The notes under the pieces: model-generated
The model's input: only the letters and a program-made list of their open reading frames with translations
What the model was told of the DNA's origin: nothing
Databases searched by the model: none
In this document: positions 8,931 to 19,003 of the stretch, piece by piece
Position numbering within the stretch: the stretch's first letter is position 1
Layout of the letters: the number at the start of each line of letters is the position of its first letter
IMG/VR virus record: IMGVR_UViG_3300008964_000003
Length of the DNA stretch: 64,000 bases
Direction: 5' to 3' (one strand)
Source of the DNA: an uncultured virus (IMG/VR IMGVR_UViG_3300008964_000003)
Lineage: Duplodnaviria > Heunggongvirae > Uroviricota > Caudoviricetes
Translations under genes and position numbers: made by a program

Positions 8931-10319
8931 ATGGCCGTTTTACAAAGACATAAGAATACCATCTACGGACTGGTAACAGACCTAGCCCAAATCACTACAA
9001 GTGTTACTAATGAAGCAACTGCTCGCGCAGCTGCTGACGTCGTATTACAGGGTAACATCGATGCAGAAGCCACCCGCGCAACTGCTGCAGAAGGTGTAAA
9101 TGCTACTGCAATCACCAATGAAGCAACAGCTCGTGCGGCTGCCGATACTACACTTCAGTCAAACATCACTGCAGAAGCCACCCGCGCGACTGCGGCAGAA
9201 GGCGTAAATGCTGCTGCAATTACCGCTGAAGCTTCTACCGCACGTGCCGCTGAAGCTGCAAATGCCTCTGCAATTACTGCCGAGACTACTCGTGCAACTG
9301 CTGCTGAAGGTGTCAATGCAACAGCAATCTCAACAGAAACAGCTGCTCGTATTGCTGGTGATACCGCTGCTCAGTCATATGCTGACGGCATTCTTGCTGC
9401 CTTCGAAGCAGGTGACTTCCAGACACTTGAAGACTTAGTTGCAGTAATCAACTCTGATTCATCTACAGTTGGTTCGTTCCGTAAAGAGATCGCAGACATC
9501 ATCGATTCTGCACCAGAAGCTCTTAACACACTCAACGAAATTGCTACTTACATCAACGTAAATGGCACTGGCGATGACGTTCTTACAGCTATCACTAACA
9601 GCGTAACTGCAGCTAAAGCAGAAATTCGCGGTGAAGTTACTGCTGCATACGATACGCTTGCTGAAGTTGAAGATGCACTTGATATCATTAACGGTTCTGG
9701 TGTAGGTTCTATTGCTAAAGTTGCAGCTGACTTCGCAGCAGCTGATACAACACTGCAGTCCAACATTACTGCAGAAGCAACAGCTCGTGCTGCCGCAGAC
9801 GTTACATTGCAGTCCAACATCGGTGCAGAAGCAACTACTCGTGCTGCCGGCGACGTTACATTGCAGGGCAATATCGATGCAGAAGCAACAGCGCGTGCTG
9901 CTGCAGATACTACACTTCAGTCTAACATTACTGCAGAAGCTACAGCTCGTACGAATGCTGATGAAACACTCACAACTGGCTTAGGTAACCTTTCCGGTGT
10001 TACTGATGCTGGTACTGCTCGTACAAACCTTGCTGTTTACAGTAAAACAGAAATGGATGCGGCGCTGCTCCTTGCCGGTGCAAGATTCATCACTGAGATC
10101 CTTACGGTCACAGCCGATGCAATCACGTTGACACATGCTCCTAAAGATGGTGTATTGTTCAACTTCGGTACAGTACGTCACACAGATGCTAACTTTGTAT
10201 CTTACGACATTCCTGCAACAGTTGGTGGATCTGCCACTGTATACAACCTTGCCCCGAACGCTTCTGGCGACTTCGACGGTAAAGCAGTTGTTGTACAGTA
10301 CGCATACACACCTGCATAA
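8931..10319 (+). CDS. Ala/Thr-rich coiled-coil fibre protein
   Basis: AGGAG RBS; about 18-aa repeats (TLQSNITAEATARAAADT); APEALNTLNEIA motif. Confidence 0.7.
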   Translation: MAVLQRHKNTIYGLVTDLAQITTSVTNEATARAAADVVLQGNIDAEATRATAAEGVNATAITNEATARAAADTTLQSNITAEATRATAAEGVNAAAITAEASTARAAEAANASAITAETTRATAAEGVNATAISTETAARIAGDTAAQSYADGILAAFEAGDFQTLEDLVAVINSDSSTVGSFRKEIADIIDSAPEALNTLNEIATYINVNGTGDDVLTAITNSVTAAKAEIRGEVTAAYDTLAEVEDALDIINGSGVGSIAKVAADFAAADTTLQSNITAEATARAAADVTLQSNIGAEATTRAAGDVTLQGNIDAEATARAAADTTLQSNITAEATARTNADETLTTGLGNLSGVTDAGTARTNLAVYSKTEMDAALLLAGARFITEILTVTADAITLTHAPKDGVLFNFGTVRHTDANFVSYDIPATVGGSATVYNLAPNASGDFDGKAVVVQYAYTPA

Positions 10320-10327
10320 TTGAAGCA

Positions 10328-10355
10328 TTATCAGGGGGCTTAGGTCCCCTGATAA
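10328..10355 (+). terminator. Stem-loop after fibre gene
   Basis: ttatcagggg...cccctgataa inverted repeat; weak U-tract. Confidence 0.55.
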
Positions 10356-10395
10356 CTCATTGATGAATACCGATGAGGTTAAATAGGATTATAAA

Positions 10396-10710
10396 ATGGC
10401 TATAGTAAAAAGACAGGCAGATGTTCAATTAACACAGTTGACAACAGGCGCGCCTGTGGAGTATGATACGTTTGCAGAAGTAGCTACAGCACTTTCAAAT
10501 ATTGTGTCAAAACTCGATCTGATTACTGTTACGTCCGATATAAACCTTGATAATATTAACCTTGATAATCTTACGGAGGCACTTAGCGCAGGTACTGTAG
10601 AAGATTTTGAAATAGCTTTGGTTACAGCAGCTTCTGAATTACCTGATGGGACATTCTCGCTAACCAATATTGGCGACATCGATGATTTTGAAATGTCTTT
10701 AATTAACTAA
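10396..10710 (+). CDS. Putative fibre/decoration protein
   Basis: YDTFAEVA and GTVEDFE motifs shared with neighbouring ORFs. Confidence 0.45.
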   Translation: MAIVKRQADVQLTQLTTGAPVEYDTFAEVATALSNIVSKLDLITVTSDINLDNINLDNLTEALSAGTVEDFEIALVTAASELPDGTFSLTNIGDIDDFEMSLIN

Positions 10711-10721
10711 GGAAAGAAAAA

Positions 10722-11246
10722 ATGGCAGTTATTTTATACAAAGGCCCAAACAAGACTGTTGCTACCATAGCAGCTAGAAATGCAATTGCAGTTAAACATG
10801 ACAGTATGGTTGTTACCGTACTTGATGCAATAGCAGATCCTGCCGCCGGTGCTGGGATTGCAACGTTTCGTTGGGTAGAATCCACATCGGCATGGATTTT
10901 AGTTTCAAAGTCTGGTGTCGAAAGTATTAACTTTGAAACAGAAGAGTTACTAATCTCTAACGGATCGGTAACACCTTCAAACGTTGCTATAAGCGGCAAT
11001 TACTGGAATATAGTAGTTGTTAATGGCGATGTTATTCAGGCAGAACTCAAACTAGAAAATCTCACATCAAATCTAAATAGCATTTCGGGACTAGATGATT
11101 ACAATGGTTTATCTTTAAGAGTAACGTATGCTTACGGTACAGTAGGTCAACAGGTAACTGACTATGTTGATTTTAAAGCAGCGGAAATCCAAGCAAACCT
11201 TGACGGCTTTTCAGGTACCGTCGCAGAATTTGAGGCAGAACTATAA
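10722..11246 (+). CDS. Putative fibre-associated structural protein
   Basis: TVATIAARNAI N-terminus; C-terminal domain paralogous to 8175 and 8931 ORFs. Confidence 0.5.
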   Translation: MAVILYKGPNKTVATIAARNAIAVKHDSMVVTVLDAIADPAAGAGIATFRWVESTSAWILVSKSGVESINFETEELLISNGSVTPSNVAISGNYWNIVVVNGDVIQAELKLENLTSNLNSISGLDDYNGLSLRVTYAYGTVGQQVTDYVDFKAAEIQANLDGFSGTVAEFEAEL

Positions 11247-12130
11247 TGGTAAATTTAGCACAACGAATTGGTCAAGAATTTAAAAGTGTTCGTGATAACG
11301 AAATCACAAATCTCCAGGCAGCAGATGTTACCCTTCAAGGTAATATTGATACCGAAGCTTCTACAAGAGCAACTGCAGACTCCACACTACAGGCCAACAT
11401 TGTTGCAGCAGAAGCAGCAGCAATTGCAACAGCAGCAGCAGATGCAACTTCAAAAGCAAATGCAGCCGAAGCAGCAGCTACAGCAGCAGCAGCAACAGAC
11501 GCAACTTCAAAAGCAAATGCAGCAGTAGCAGCGGCAAACAGCAACACAGGGGATCGCGAATCAGCTATCACCACAGCATACCAGACTTACGCAGACGCGG
11601 CAGAAGCAGCTGCGAATACGTATGCAGACGGTGCCGTTGCGACTGAAGCTAGCGCTCGCGCTGCTGCAGATACCGCATTGCAGAACAGCATAGATGCTGA
11701 AAATGCAAGAATTGATGCTATCCTCAATGCCTCTACTGCTGATAAAGACACCTTTGCAGAAATCGTTTCATTCATCAATGCAGTTGATACAACAAATGAT
11801 ACAGCTCTAGGTACTGAAATTACTACAAGAGCAGCTGCAGATACTACTCTTCAAGGTAATATTGATGCTGAAGCTAGTGCAAGAGCATCCGCTGATACTA
11901 CGCTGCAAAATAACATCAACACAAAACTTGATGCATCTCATGATATGACTTTGACATTGTCTGGTGATGATTCTGGATCTGCAACATTTACTAATATGGC
12001 TGATGCCACTCTTAGTGTTGCACTAGGCGCAAATACTGTAACGTCAAGTGAACTATCTGGTGCTACTTCTCTTGTAATTTATAACTCTGCTGGTACTGCA
12101 TTAAAAACTCTGTTCGGCGCAGGATCATAA
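11246..12130 (+). CDS. Ala-rich coiled-coil fibre/whisker-like protein
   Basis: Same TLQGNIDAEA..RA.AD repeats, DATSKANAA repeats; sits just before gp13, the position of T4 wac. Confidence 0.6.
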   Translation: MVNLAQRIGQEFKSVRDNEITNLQAADVTLQGNIDTEASTRATADSTLQANIVAAEAAAIATAAADATSKANAAEAAATAAAATDATSKANAAVAAANSNTGDRESAITTAYQTYADAAEAAANTYADGAVATEASARAAADTALQNSIDAENARIDAILNASTADKDTFAEIVSFINAVDTTNDTALGTEITTRAAADTTLQGNIDAEASARASADTTLQNNINTKLDASHDMTLTLSGDDSGSATFTNMADATLSVALGANTVTSSELSGATSLVIYNSAGTALKTLFGAGS

Positions 12131-12153
12131 ATAAAAGAAAATAGGAATTTAAC

Positions 12154-12909
12154 ATGGCAAACCCAACTACCAGACAAGGACTTATTGATTATTGTTTAAG
12201 ACGACTAGGTGAGCCTGTTATAGAAATCAACGTCGACCCTGACCAATTAGAGGATAGGGTCGACGAAGCAATTCAATATTGGCAAGAGTTTCACGCCGAC
12301 GCGACATATAGAACATATGTTGCACACCTCGTAGGTGACAGCGATGTATCAAGAGAATACATTGAAACAACCGACGATGTTCTATTTGTATCAAAATTAT
12401 TCCGAATTTCTTCTTCATTTAACAATTCAATGAATTTCTTTGATATTAAATATCAAATGATGCTAAACGATATCGCTGATATGCAAAACTTCGCCGGTGA
12501 TCTTGCATATTACGACCAATTAAATCAATATCTTTCTATGCTTGATATGAAATTAAACGGTGAGCCACAGACTACATATTCGCGTAGTATGAATCGCCTC
12601 TATATTCACGGAGATTTTTCCGATAAAGACATTCAAGCCGGCTCATATATAATTTATGAAGCATATAAAACTGTAGATCCAGGAACATTTGGTAAAGTTT
12701 ATAACGACATGTGGCTTAAAGAATATACCACAGAGCTTATTAAACAACAATGGGGATCTAATCTGAGTAAATTTGAAGGCATGCAAATGCCTGGAGGTGT
12801 CACTCTTAATGGTAGACAATTGTATGATGATGCCACTGCCCAAATAGAAAGACTCAGGGAAAAGATTCGCACTGACTTTGAAATGCCGACGGATTTCTTT
12901 GTAGGATAA
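12154..12909 (+). CDS. gp13: Neck protein gp13
   Basis: LIDYCLRRLGEPVIEINV...QLED; MPGGVTLNG; synteny. Confidence 0.93.
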   Translation: MANPTTRQGLIDYCLRRLGEPVIEINVDPDQLEDRVDEAIQYWQEFHADATYRTYVAHLVGDSDVSREYIETTDDVLFVSKLFRISSSFNNSMNFFDIKYQMMLNDIADMQNFAGDLAYYDQLNQYLSMLDMKLNGEPQTTYSRSMNRLYIHGDFSDKDIQAGSYIIYEAYKTVDPGTFGKVYNDMWLKEYTTELIKQQWGSNLSKFEGMQMPGGVTLNGRQLYDDATAQIERLREKIRTDFEMPTDFFVG

Positions 12910-12913
12910 TATA

Positions 12914-13795
12914 ATGGCAACTAGTGTATATTTCAGTCAAAGAGTCAAATCCGAACAAAATTTATATGAAGATATAATTATTGAATCTTTAAAAATTTAC
13001 GGCCAAGACGTATATTACCTTCCCAGAACTATCGTCAATGAAGATAAAATTCTCGGTGAAGATGTTCCATCAAAATTTAGTGCGGCATACCAAATTGAAA
13101 TGTATGTTGAAAACATTGAAGGCTTTGATGGTGAAGGTGATATTTTTGCCAAGTTCGGCGTTGAAATACGAGATACTGCTACATTCGTTGTATCACGAAG
13201 ACGGTGGGAAAGTACTGTAGCTCGAATTGACAATATCTTAGAAACATCTAGACCAAACGAGGGAGATATCATTTATCTTCCTCTATCAAATTCAATGTTT
13301 CAAATTATGGCAGTCGAGCATGAATCCCCATTTTACCAGTTAAGCAACCTACCTACATATAAGCTACGTTGTGAACTCTTCGAGTATTCTGGCGAAGATT
13401 TTGACACAGCCGTTGCGGCGATTGACGATATTGAGCGTAGGTATGCTTACAAGTATCTTACTACCCTTGATAGTGCATCTGCAGGTTGGATTGTAGGAGA
13501 AACTGTTAATCAAACTCTATCAACCGGTACGGTTATATCAGGAGAAGTTGCTGGATTCTCTGCTTCAGACAATGTCTTACAACTTATTCATGTCGGTGCA
13601 GATGATGGCAATTATCATAGCTTTATAATAGGTGAGCAGATTACCAGTACTAGGGGATCTACTGCGTTGGTTACTGCAGTAGCTGAGGATAACCAGTTAT
13701 CCGAAACTGAAGATAATGACTTTTTTGATACCACTGAAACAGATCTTGAATTCTTAGATTTCAGTGAAACTAATCCGTTTGGAGATCCACAGTAA
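12914..13795 (+). CDS. gp14: Neck protein gp14
   Basis: EQNLYEDIIIESLKIYG, RPNEGDIIY, FSETNPFG. Confidence 0.93.
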   Translation: MATSVYFSQRVKSEQNLYEDIIIESLKIYGQDVYYLPRTIVNEDKILGEDVPSKFSAAYQIEMYVENIEGFDGEGDIFAKFGVEIRDTATFVVSRRRWESTVARIDNILETSRPNEGDIIYLPLSNSMFQIMAVEHESPFYQLSNLPTYKLRCELFEYSGEDFDTAVAAIDDIERRYAYKYLTTLDSASAGWIVGETVNQTLSTGTVISGEVAGFSASDNVLQLIHVGADDGNYHSFIIGEQITSTRGSTALVTAVAEDNQLSETEDNDFFDTTETDLEFLDFSETNPFGDPQ

Positions 13796-14592
13796 TGTTA
13801 GGTAATCATTTTTATCACGAACGCATTAGAAAAAGCGTTGCCATGTTTGGCTCTCTTTTTAATAACATTTACGTTGTTCGTACAGATTCTTCAAATAAGG
13901 TTATAAGCCAGGCAAGAGTTCCTTTGTCATATGCTCCTGCTACAAGCTTTTTAGACAGAATAAGAGAAAATCCTGACTTAGAACAAGATACTAAAGTTGC
14001 CATTAAACTTCCTCGTATGTCATTTGAGATTATTTCATATCAGTATGATTCACAGAGGCAGCTTCAAAAAACAAATAATATTAACCGAACTTCTGGTGAC
14101 TCTACTACGCGCAATAAGTTTTATGCGTCTACTCCTTATATAATTGGATTTCAGCTTAACGTCTATACTAAAACCCAAGATGATGCTTTACAAATCATTG
14201 AACAAATTCTGCCATACTTTGGTCCTCAGTATACGTTAACTATTAAACCATTCGCAGATTTTAGTGATATTAAAGAAGATGTTCCTATCACGCTTAACGG
14301 TATTTCTTATACTGATGCCTACGAAGGTGCTTTAGATAGTAGACGTATTATTCAGTATACATTAGACTTCCAAATGAATGCGAACTTCTATGGAGCAGTT
14401 CAAGAAGCAAGTATTATTAGGAAACCTATTGTTGATATATATTCTGGTAGAACTGAAATAGATTCCGATGGTGCATTTGATCTTTATAGCCCATCAGTAA
14501 GAATTGAAGTAAATCCAAACCCTCTTAATGCAAGTCCAGATAGCGACTACGGGTTTACTACTACAATTTATAGTTATGAGGATAGTGCATAA
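13795..14592 (+). CDS. gp15: Tail sheath stabilizer/terminator gp15
   Basis: FYHERIRK...FGSLFNNI, LPRMSFE, QIIEQILPYF. Confidence 0.93.
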   Translation: MLGNHFYHERIRKSVAMFGSLFNNIYVVRTDSSNKVISQARVPLSYAPATSFLDRIRENPDLEQDTKVAIKLPRMSFEIISYQYDSQRQLQKTNNINRTSGDSTTRNKFYASTPYIIGFQLNVYTKTQDDALQIIEQILPYFGPQYTLTIKPFADFSDIKEDVPITLNGISYTDAYEGALDSRRIIQYTLDFQMNANFYGAVQEASIIRKPIVDIYSGRTEIDSDGAFDLYSPSVRIEVNPNPLNASPDSDYGFTTTIYSYEDSA

Positions 14593-14972
14593 TGGATGAA
14601 GAAAAAAACAAACATTATCAAAACGATTATGAATATTCCAGAACCGTTTTATACGATTTAATTTCAAAGGGTACTGATGCTCTTGAAAATATGATTGAAG
14701 TGGCTAGAGAAAGCGAGCATCCTAGAGCTTACGAGGTTCTTGCCACATTAATTAAAAATACGGCTGACGTTAATGATAAATTAGTCGACCTAAATAAAAA
14801 GCACAAAGATATCAACTCAAAATCAGCTCCTACACCTATTGAAGGTGGATCAACGACTAATAATGTTTTTATCGGCTCAACAACAGATCTACAACGTATG
14901 CTTCAAGATGTGCATGCTAAACAGGTGGAGAGTAACGTGGTGGATATTACACCACATTTAAAAGATGAATAA
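14592..14972 (+). CDS. gp16: Terminase small subunit gp16
   Basis: DYEYSR, SEHPRAYEV, VFIGSTTDLQ. Confidence 0.92.
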   Translation: MDEEKNKHYQNDYEYSRTVLYDLISKGTDALENMIEVARESEHPRAYEVLATLIKNTADVNDKLVDLNKKHKDINSKSAPTPIEGGSTTNNVFIGSTTDLQRMLQDVHAKQVESNVVDITPHLKDE

Positions 14973-16572
14973 TATTGTAAATGGCAATGAGGGCTACTTA
15001 GGTAATCCGAATGTGAAACGTGACGGAATTGTTCAAGGTTGGACTCAAGAAAATATTCTTGAATACCAAAAGTGCATGAACGATCCCGCATATTTTGCTA
15101 TAACATATTGTAAGGTTATTTCACTTGATAAAGGTCTAGTTCCTTTTAAGCTTTATCCGTATCAAGAAGAAATGTTCGACCACTTTAACGAGAATCGATT
15201 TTCTATCGTTCTTGCTTGCCGGCAATCAGGTAAATCTATTTCATCGGTAGCGTATCTCCTTTGGTACGCAGTATTCCATTCTGAAAAGAATATTGCTATT
15301 CTAGCAAATAAAGGTGCTACTGCTAGAGAGATGCTAGCCCGCGTTACATTGATGTTGGAAAACCTACCGTTCTTTCTACAACCAGGGACTAAAGCGCTAA
15401 ACAAAGGTTCTATTGAGTTTAGTAACAACTCTAAGATTCTTGCTGCAGCAACATCTGGTTCATCTATTCGTGGTTTGTCTATTAACCTTCTATTCCTTGA
15501 CGAATTTGCTTTTGTTGAAAATGCAACACAATTCTATACGTCGACATATCCGGTTGTTTCATCAGGTAAAGATACAAAGGTTATTATTACTTCAACGGCT
15601 AATGGTATTGGTAACCAATTCTATAGTATTTGGCAAGGTGCTTTACAAAGCACAAATGCATATAAACCATTTCGCGTCGATTGGTGGGATGTTCCAGGCC
15701 GTGATGAAGCTTGGAAAATAGAAACAATTGGCAATACATCACAATTGCAGTTTGACCAAGAATTTGGTAATGCGTTTTTTGGACGAGGTGATACTCTAAT
15801 CAACGCCGAAACCCTTATGAGGTTAAAGGCTGTAGAACCTATTCGAATTCTTGAAGCCGGTGATATGCTTGTTTATGAGGAAACAAAGGATGATCACCAA
15901 TATATTATTTTAGTTGATGTTGCGAAGGGAAGAGGACAGGACTATTCTACTTTTAATGTGATCGACATAACTGAGCATCCATTTAAGCAAGTTGCAGTTT
16001 ATCGATGTAATACTATCTCGCCTATTCTCTTCCCCGATATTATTTATAAGTATGCGATTTCCTATAATAATGCGTATGTTATTGTTGAATCAAATGATCA
16101 GGGCACTCTAGTAACAAGAGGGTTATATCACGACTTAGAATATGAGAATATTCACGTCAGTTCCGTAAGTAAATCGGATGGTGTTGGTATTAGTATGGAT
16201 CGTAAAGTGAAAAGACTTGGCTGTTCTGGTATTAAAGATATTATTGAAAATGATAAATTAGTTATTAATGATACTAATACAATTATGGAAATTTCTACCT
16301 TTATAGCTAAAGGACAATCATATGAAGCGAGTGACGGAAACCATGATGACTTAATGATGAACTTAGTAATGTTTGGATATTTTGCGCTATCAGAAATGTT
16401 CCAAGACATGACTGACATTAATTTAAAGCAAATGTTACATAATGAAAGAATGAGATCAATTGAGGATGACTTGGTGCCATTTGGCTTCATTGATGATGGT
16501 AGTGACGCTATAAATACGATTGAAAGGGAAGATCATCCATGGGCAGTCGACTACGCCCATCAAGACTTCTAA
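14965..16572 (+). CDS. gp17: Terminase large subunit gp17
   Basis: RQSGKS Walker A, LFLDEFAF Walker B, TSTANG, DVAKG, HDDL nuclease motif. Confidence 0.97.
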   Translation: MNNIVNGNEGYLGNPNVKRDGIVQGWTQENILEYQKCMNDPAYFAITYCKVISLDKGLVPFKLYPYQEEMFDHFNENRFSIVLACRQSGKSISSVAYLLWYAVFHSEKNIAILANKGATAREMLARVTLMLENLPFFLQPGTKALNKGSIEFSNNSKILAAATSGSSIRGLSINLLFLDEFAFVENATQFYTSTYPVVSSGKDTKVIITSTANGIGNQFYSIWQGALQSTNAYKPFRVDWWDVPGRDEAWKIETIGNTSQLQFDQEFGNAFFGRGDTLINAETLMRLKAVEPIRILEAGDMLVYEETKDDHQYIILVDVAKGRGQDYSTFNVIDITEHPFKQVAVYRCNTISPILFPDIIYKYAISYNNAYVIVESNDQGTLVTRGLYHDLEYENIHVSSVSKSDGVGISMDRKVKRLGCSGIKDIIENDKLVINDTNTIMEISTFIAKGQSYEASDGNHDDLMMNLVMFGYFALSEMFQDMTDINLKQMLHNERMRSIEDDLVPFGFIDDGSDAINTIEREDHPWAVDYAHQDF

Positions 16573-16583
16573 ATAAGCTTTAG

Positions 16584-16591
16584 TATAAATA
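16584..16591 (+). promoter_or_regulatory. T4-type late promoter
   Basis: TATAAATA upstream of the sheath gene. Confidence 0.8.
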
Positions 16592-16655
16592 CACATAGTA
16601 TTTGAAAATAAACGTATTATGACAAGCTTATAATTTAACTCAAAGGAAAAGAGTC

Positions 16656-18389
16656 ATGGCAGTATCAGAATCTCCAGCGATTACCGTTAAAGAGATCGAT
16701 CTTACCGGCGTTGTCCCAAATGTCGGATCCACTACTGGTGCTTTTGTAGGTAATTTCAACTGGGGTCCAGTTGATAGTGTTACATTAGTATCGGATGAGG
16801 CAGGATTGGTATCGGTCTTCGGTAGTCCAGATAAAACAAATTCAATTGATTTTCACTCAGCAGCATACTTCTTACGTTATGCAAGCTCTCTCTATATTGT
16901 ACGAGAAGCAACACAAGGTTCAGGCGAAAGCTTAAATGGTGGTGATTCCGACGCAACATTCACAGCTAGAGTAAAAAATCAGGTTTCATTCGATTTCCAA
17001 GAAGATGCTTTGGATTCAGATGGACACACATTCATCGCTAAATATCCAGGAGCTCTTGGCAATTCATTAAAAGTTTCATTCTTAGGCGCAGTTGATAGCG
17101 CTGATGATGTTGCGTTTACTGGTTGGACGTACGAAGATAACTTTGACGCGGCTCCAACAACATCCGCGTATGCTGCAGCCAGAAATGCTTCTGGTGATGA
17201 AATGCACGTAGTAGTTATTGATCAAGACGGTGCTTTCACGGGCGCACGTGGAACTGTTCTAGAAACATTCCCATTCGTTTCTCTTGCGGCAGATGCAAAA
17301 GCTGCTGATGGAACTTCAAACTACATTAAAGACGTAATCAATTCAAGATCTAACTACGTGTGGTTAGCTGGTTTTGGTACAGCAAGTAAGTTTGATGCCG
17401 ATGCAGGTACAAATGCTACTTCGGGTAAAGACTATAAATTGGCTTCTCCGGCGGCTGTAGAAATTTCGTTTGTTAATGGCTCAAATTCTGCGGCACTAAC
17501 AACATCAGAATATGCAACAGGCTTTGATAGATTTGAAGACGCTGATAATATTCAGGTAGATTTCTTAATTGCGCCTGGCATGGTAAGCCGAACAGATCAA
17601 ACGGCAGTAGTTAATGATCTTATTGCAATTGCTCAAGGCACTCGTAAAGACTGTGTTGTTGTTGCATCCCCTGCTCGTTCTGATGTTGTTACATCAAATG
17701 ATGTTAATAACGATATTATCACAACAGCTAAAACGTTTACATACTCTTCTTACTTATTCATGGATAACAACTATCTTAAAGTATATGATAAGTATAACGA
17801 TCAATACATCAAAATTCCTGCTGCTTCTTCAACTGCCGGTATTATGGCGGCATCTGACAATGATCAAGCTGCGTGGTATTCACCAGCCGGTCAGAGACGT
17901 GGTGTTTATTTAGGTGTAACCGGTCTAGAGTACTCACCAAATAAATCCGAGCGCGATCTGTTATATCGTAATAGCATTAACCCAATTGCTAACCTTCCTG
18001 GTCAAGGTATCCTACTTTACGGTGATAAAACACACATGGCTCGTCCAAGTGCATTTGATCGTATCAACGTACGTAGACTCTTCCTCGTCCTTGAAAGAGC
18101 AATTGCTCTTGCCGCACGTAACGTGATGTTCGAATTCAACGATGAGTTTACTCGCGCAGAATTCACGAACATTGTTGAGCCATTCCTTAGAGAAATCCAA
18201 GGTAGACGTGGTATCACTGACTTCCGTGTTGTATGTGACGAAACAAATAACACAGCAGCAGTCATTGATAGAAACGAATTCATCGCAAGCATCTTCATCA
18301 AACCAGCACGTTCAATTAACTTCGTAACGCTTAACTTCGTTGCAGTTAGAACCGGTGTTGAATTTGAAGAAGTTGTTGGCTCAGTATAA
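16656..18389 (+). CDS. gp18: Tail sheath protein gp18
   Basis: SPAITVKEIDLT, WYSPAG..RG, FDRINVRRLF, IKPARSINF. Confidence 0.97.
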   Translation: MAVSESPAITVKEIDLTGVVPNVGSTTGAFVGNFNWGPVDSVTLVSDEAGLVSVFGSPDKTNSIDFHSAAYFLRYASSLYIVREATQGSGESLNGGDSDATFTARVKNQVSFDFQEDALDSDGHTFIAKYPGALGNSLKVSFLGAVDSADDVAFTGWTYEDNFDAAPTTSAYAAARNASGDEMHVVVIDQDGAFTGARGTVLETFPFVSLAADAKAADGTSNYIKDVINSRSNYVWLAGFGTASKFDADAGTNATSGKDYKLASPAAVEISFVNGSNSAALTTSEYATGFDRFEDADNIQVDFLIAPGMVSRTDQTAVVNDLIAIAQGTRKDCVVVASPARSDVVTSNDVNNDIITTAKTFTYSSYLFMDNNYLKVYDKYNDQYIKIPAASSTAGIMAASDNDQAAWYSPAGQRRGVYLGVTGLEYSPNKSERDLLYRNSINPIANLPGQGILLYGDKTHMARPSAFDRINVRRLFLVLERAIALAARNVMFEFNDEFTRAEFTNIVEPFLREIQGRRGITDFRVVCDETNNTAAVIDRNEFIASIFIKPARSINFVTLNFVAVRTGVEFEEVVGSV

Positions 18390-18409
18390 TAGACGTTAGG
18401 AGAAAATAA

Positions 18410-18937
18410 ATGGCTATTCTTGGAGTAGACGATTTTAAAGCCAAATTAAAAGGTGGTGGCGCACGTCCTAACCTCTTTAAGGCGACAATCAACTTTCCGG
18501 CTTATGCAGGTGGAGATGTAGAACTTACATCTTTCATGTGTGAAGCTGCACAACTTCCTGGATCAATTATGGGTGTAGTTACTATCCCATTCCGCGGAAG
18601 ACAACTTAAAATTGCTGGCGATCGTACGTTTGATACGTGGACGCCAACAATCATTAACGATACTGATTTTGCAGTTCGTAACGCGATGGAGCGTTGGATG
18701 AATGGTATTAATGCCCACAAGGCAAATACCGGTCTTACAGCTCCAGTAGATTACAATGCCGACCTATTGGTTGAGCAATTGGATAGAGACGAAAGTGTTC
18801 TGAAGACATACAACTTCCGTGGTTGCTTCCCAACAAACATCTCGCCAGTTGATTTGAGCTATGGCGCAAACGACGATATCGAAAGATTCCAAGTTGAGTT
18901 CCAAGTTCAGTATTGGGAATCAAACACGACTTCTTAA
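18410..18937 (+). CDS. gp19: Tail tube protein gp19
   Basis: GGARPNLF, GRQLKIAGDRTF, follows sheath. Confidence 0.95.
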   Translation: MAILGVDDFKAKLKGGGARPNLFKATINFPAYAGGDVELTSFMCEAAQLPGSIMGVVTIPFRGRQLKIAGDRTFDTWTPTIINDTDFAVRNAMERWMNGINAHKANTGLTAPVDYNADLLVEQLDRDESVLKTYNFRGCFPTNISPVDLSYGANDDIERFQVEFQVQYWESNTTS

Positions 18938-18957
18938 TAAGATCATATATACTACTG

Positions 18958-18981
18958 GACCAGGCCTTAATTGGCCTGGTC
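18958..18981 (+). terminator. Stem-loop between gp19 and gp20
   Basis: gaccaggcc-ttaatt-ggcctggtc. Confidence 0.5.
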
Positions 18982-19003
18982 TTAACTAATAATAGGATTT
19001 AAT

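Noticed and set aside
11268..11528. Poly-Gln ORF and other alternate-frame or antisense ORFs in the track
   Set aside because: Shadow frames of Ala (GCA) repeats and of well-supported genes; no RBS or recognisable motifs
8931..12130. CRISPR array or DGR template/variable repeats
   Set aside because: The repeats are in-frame, degenerate coding repeats with no spacers; no reverse transcriptase or adenine-specific variation is seen
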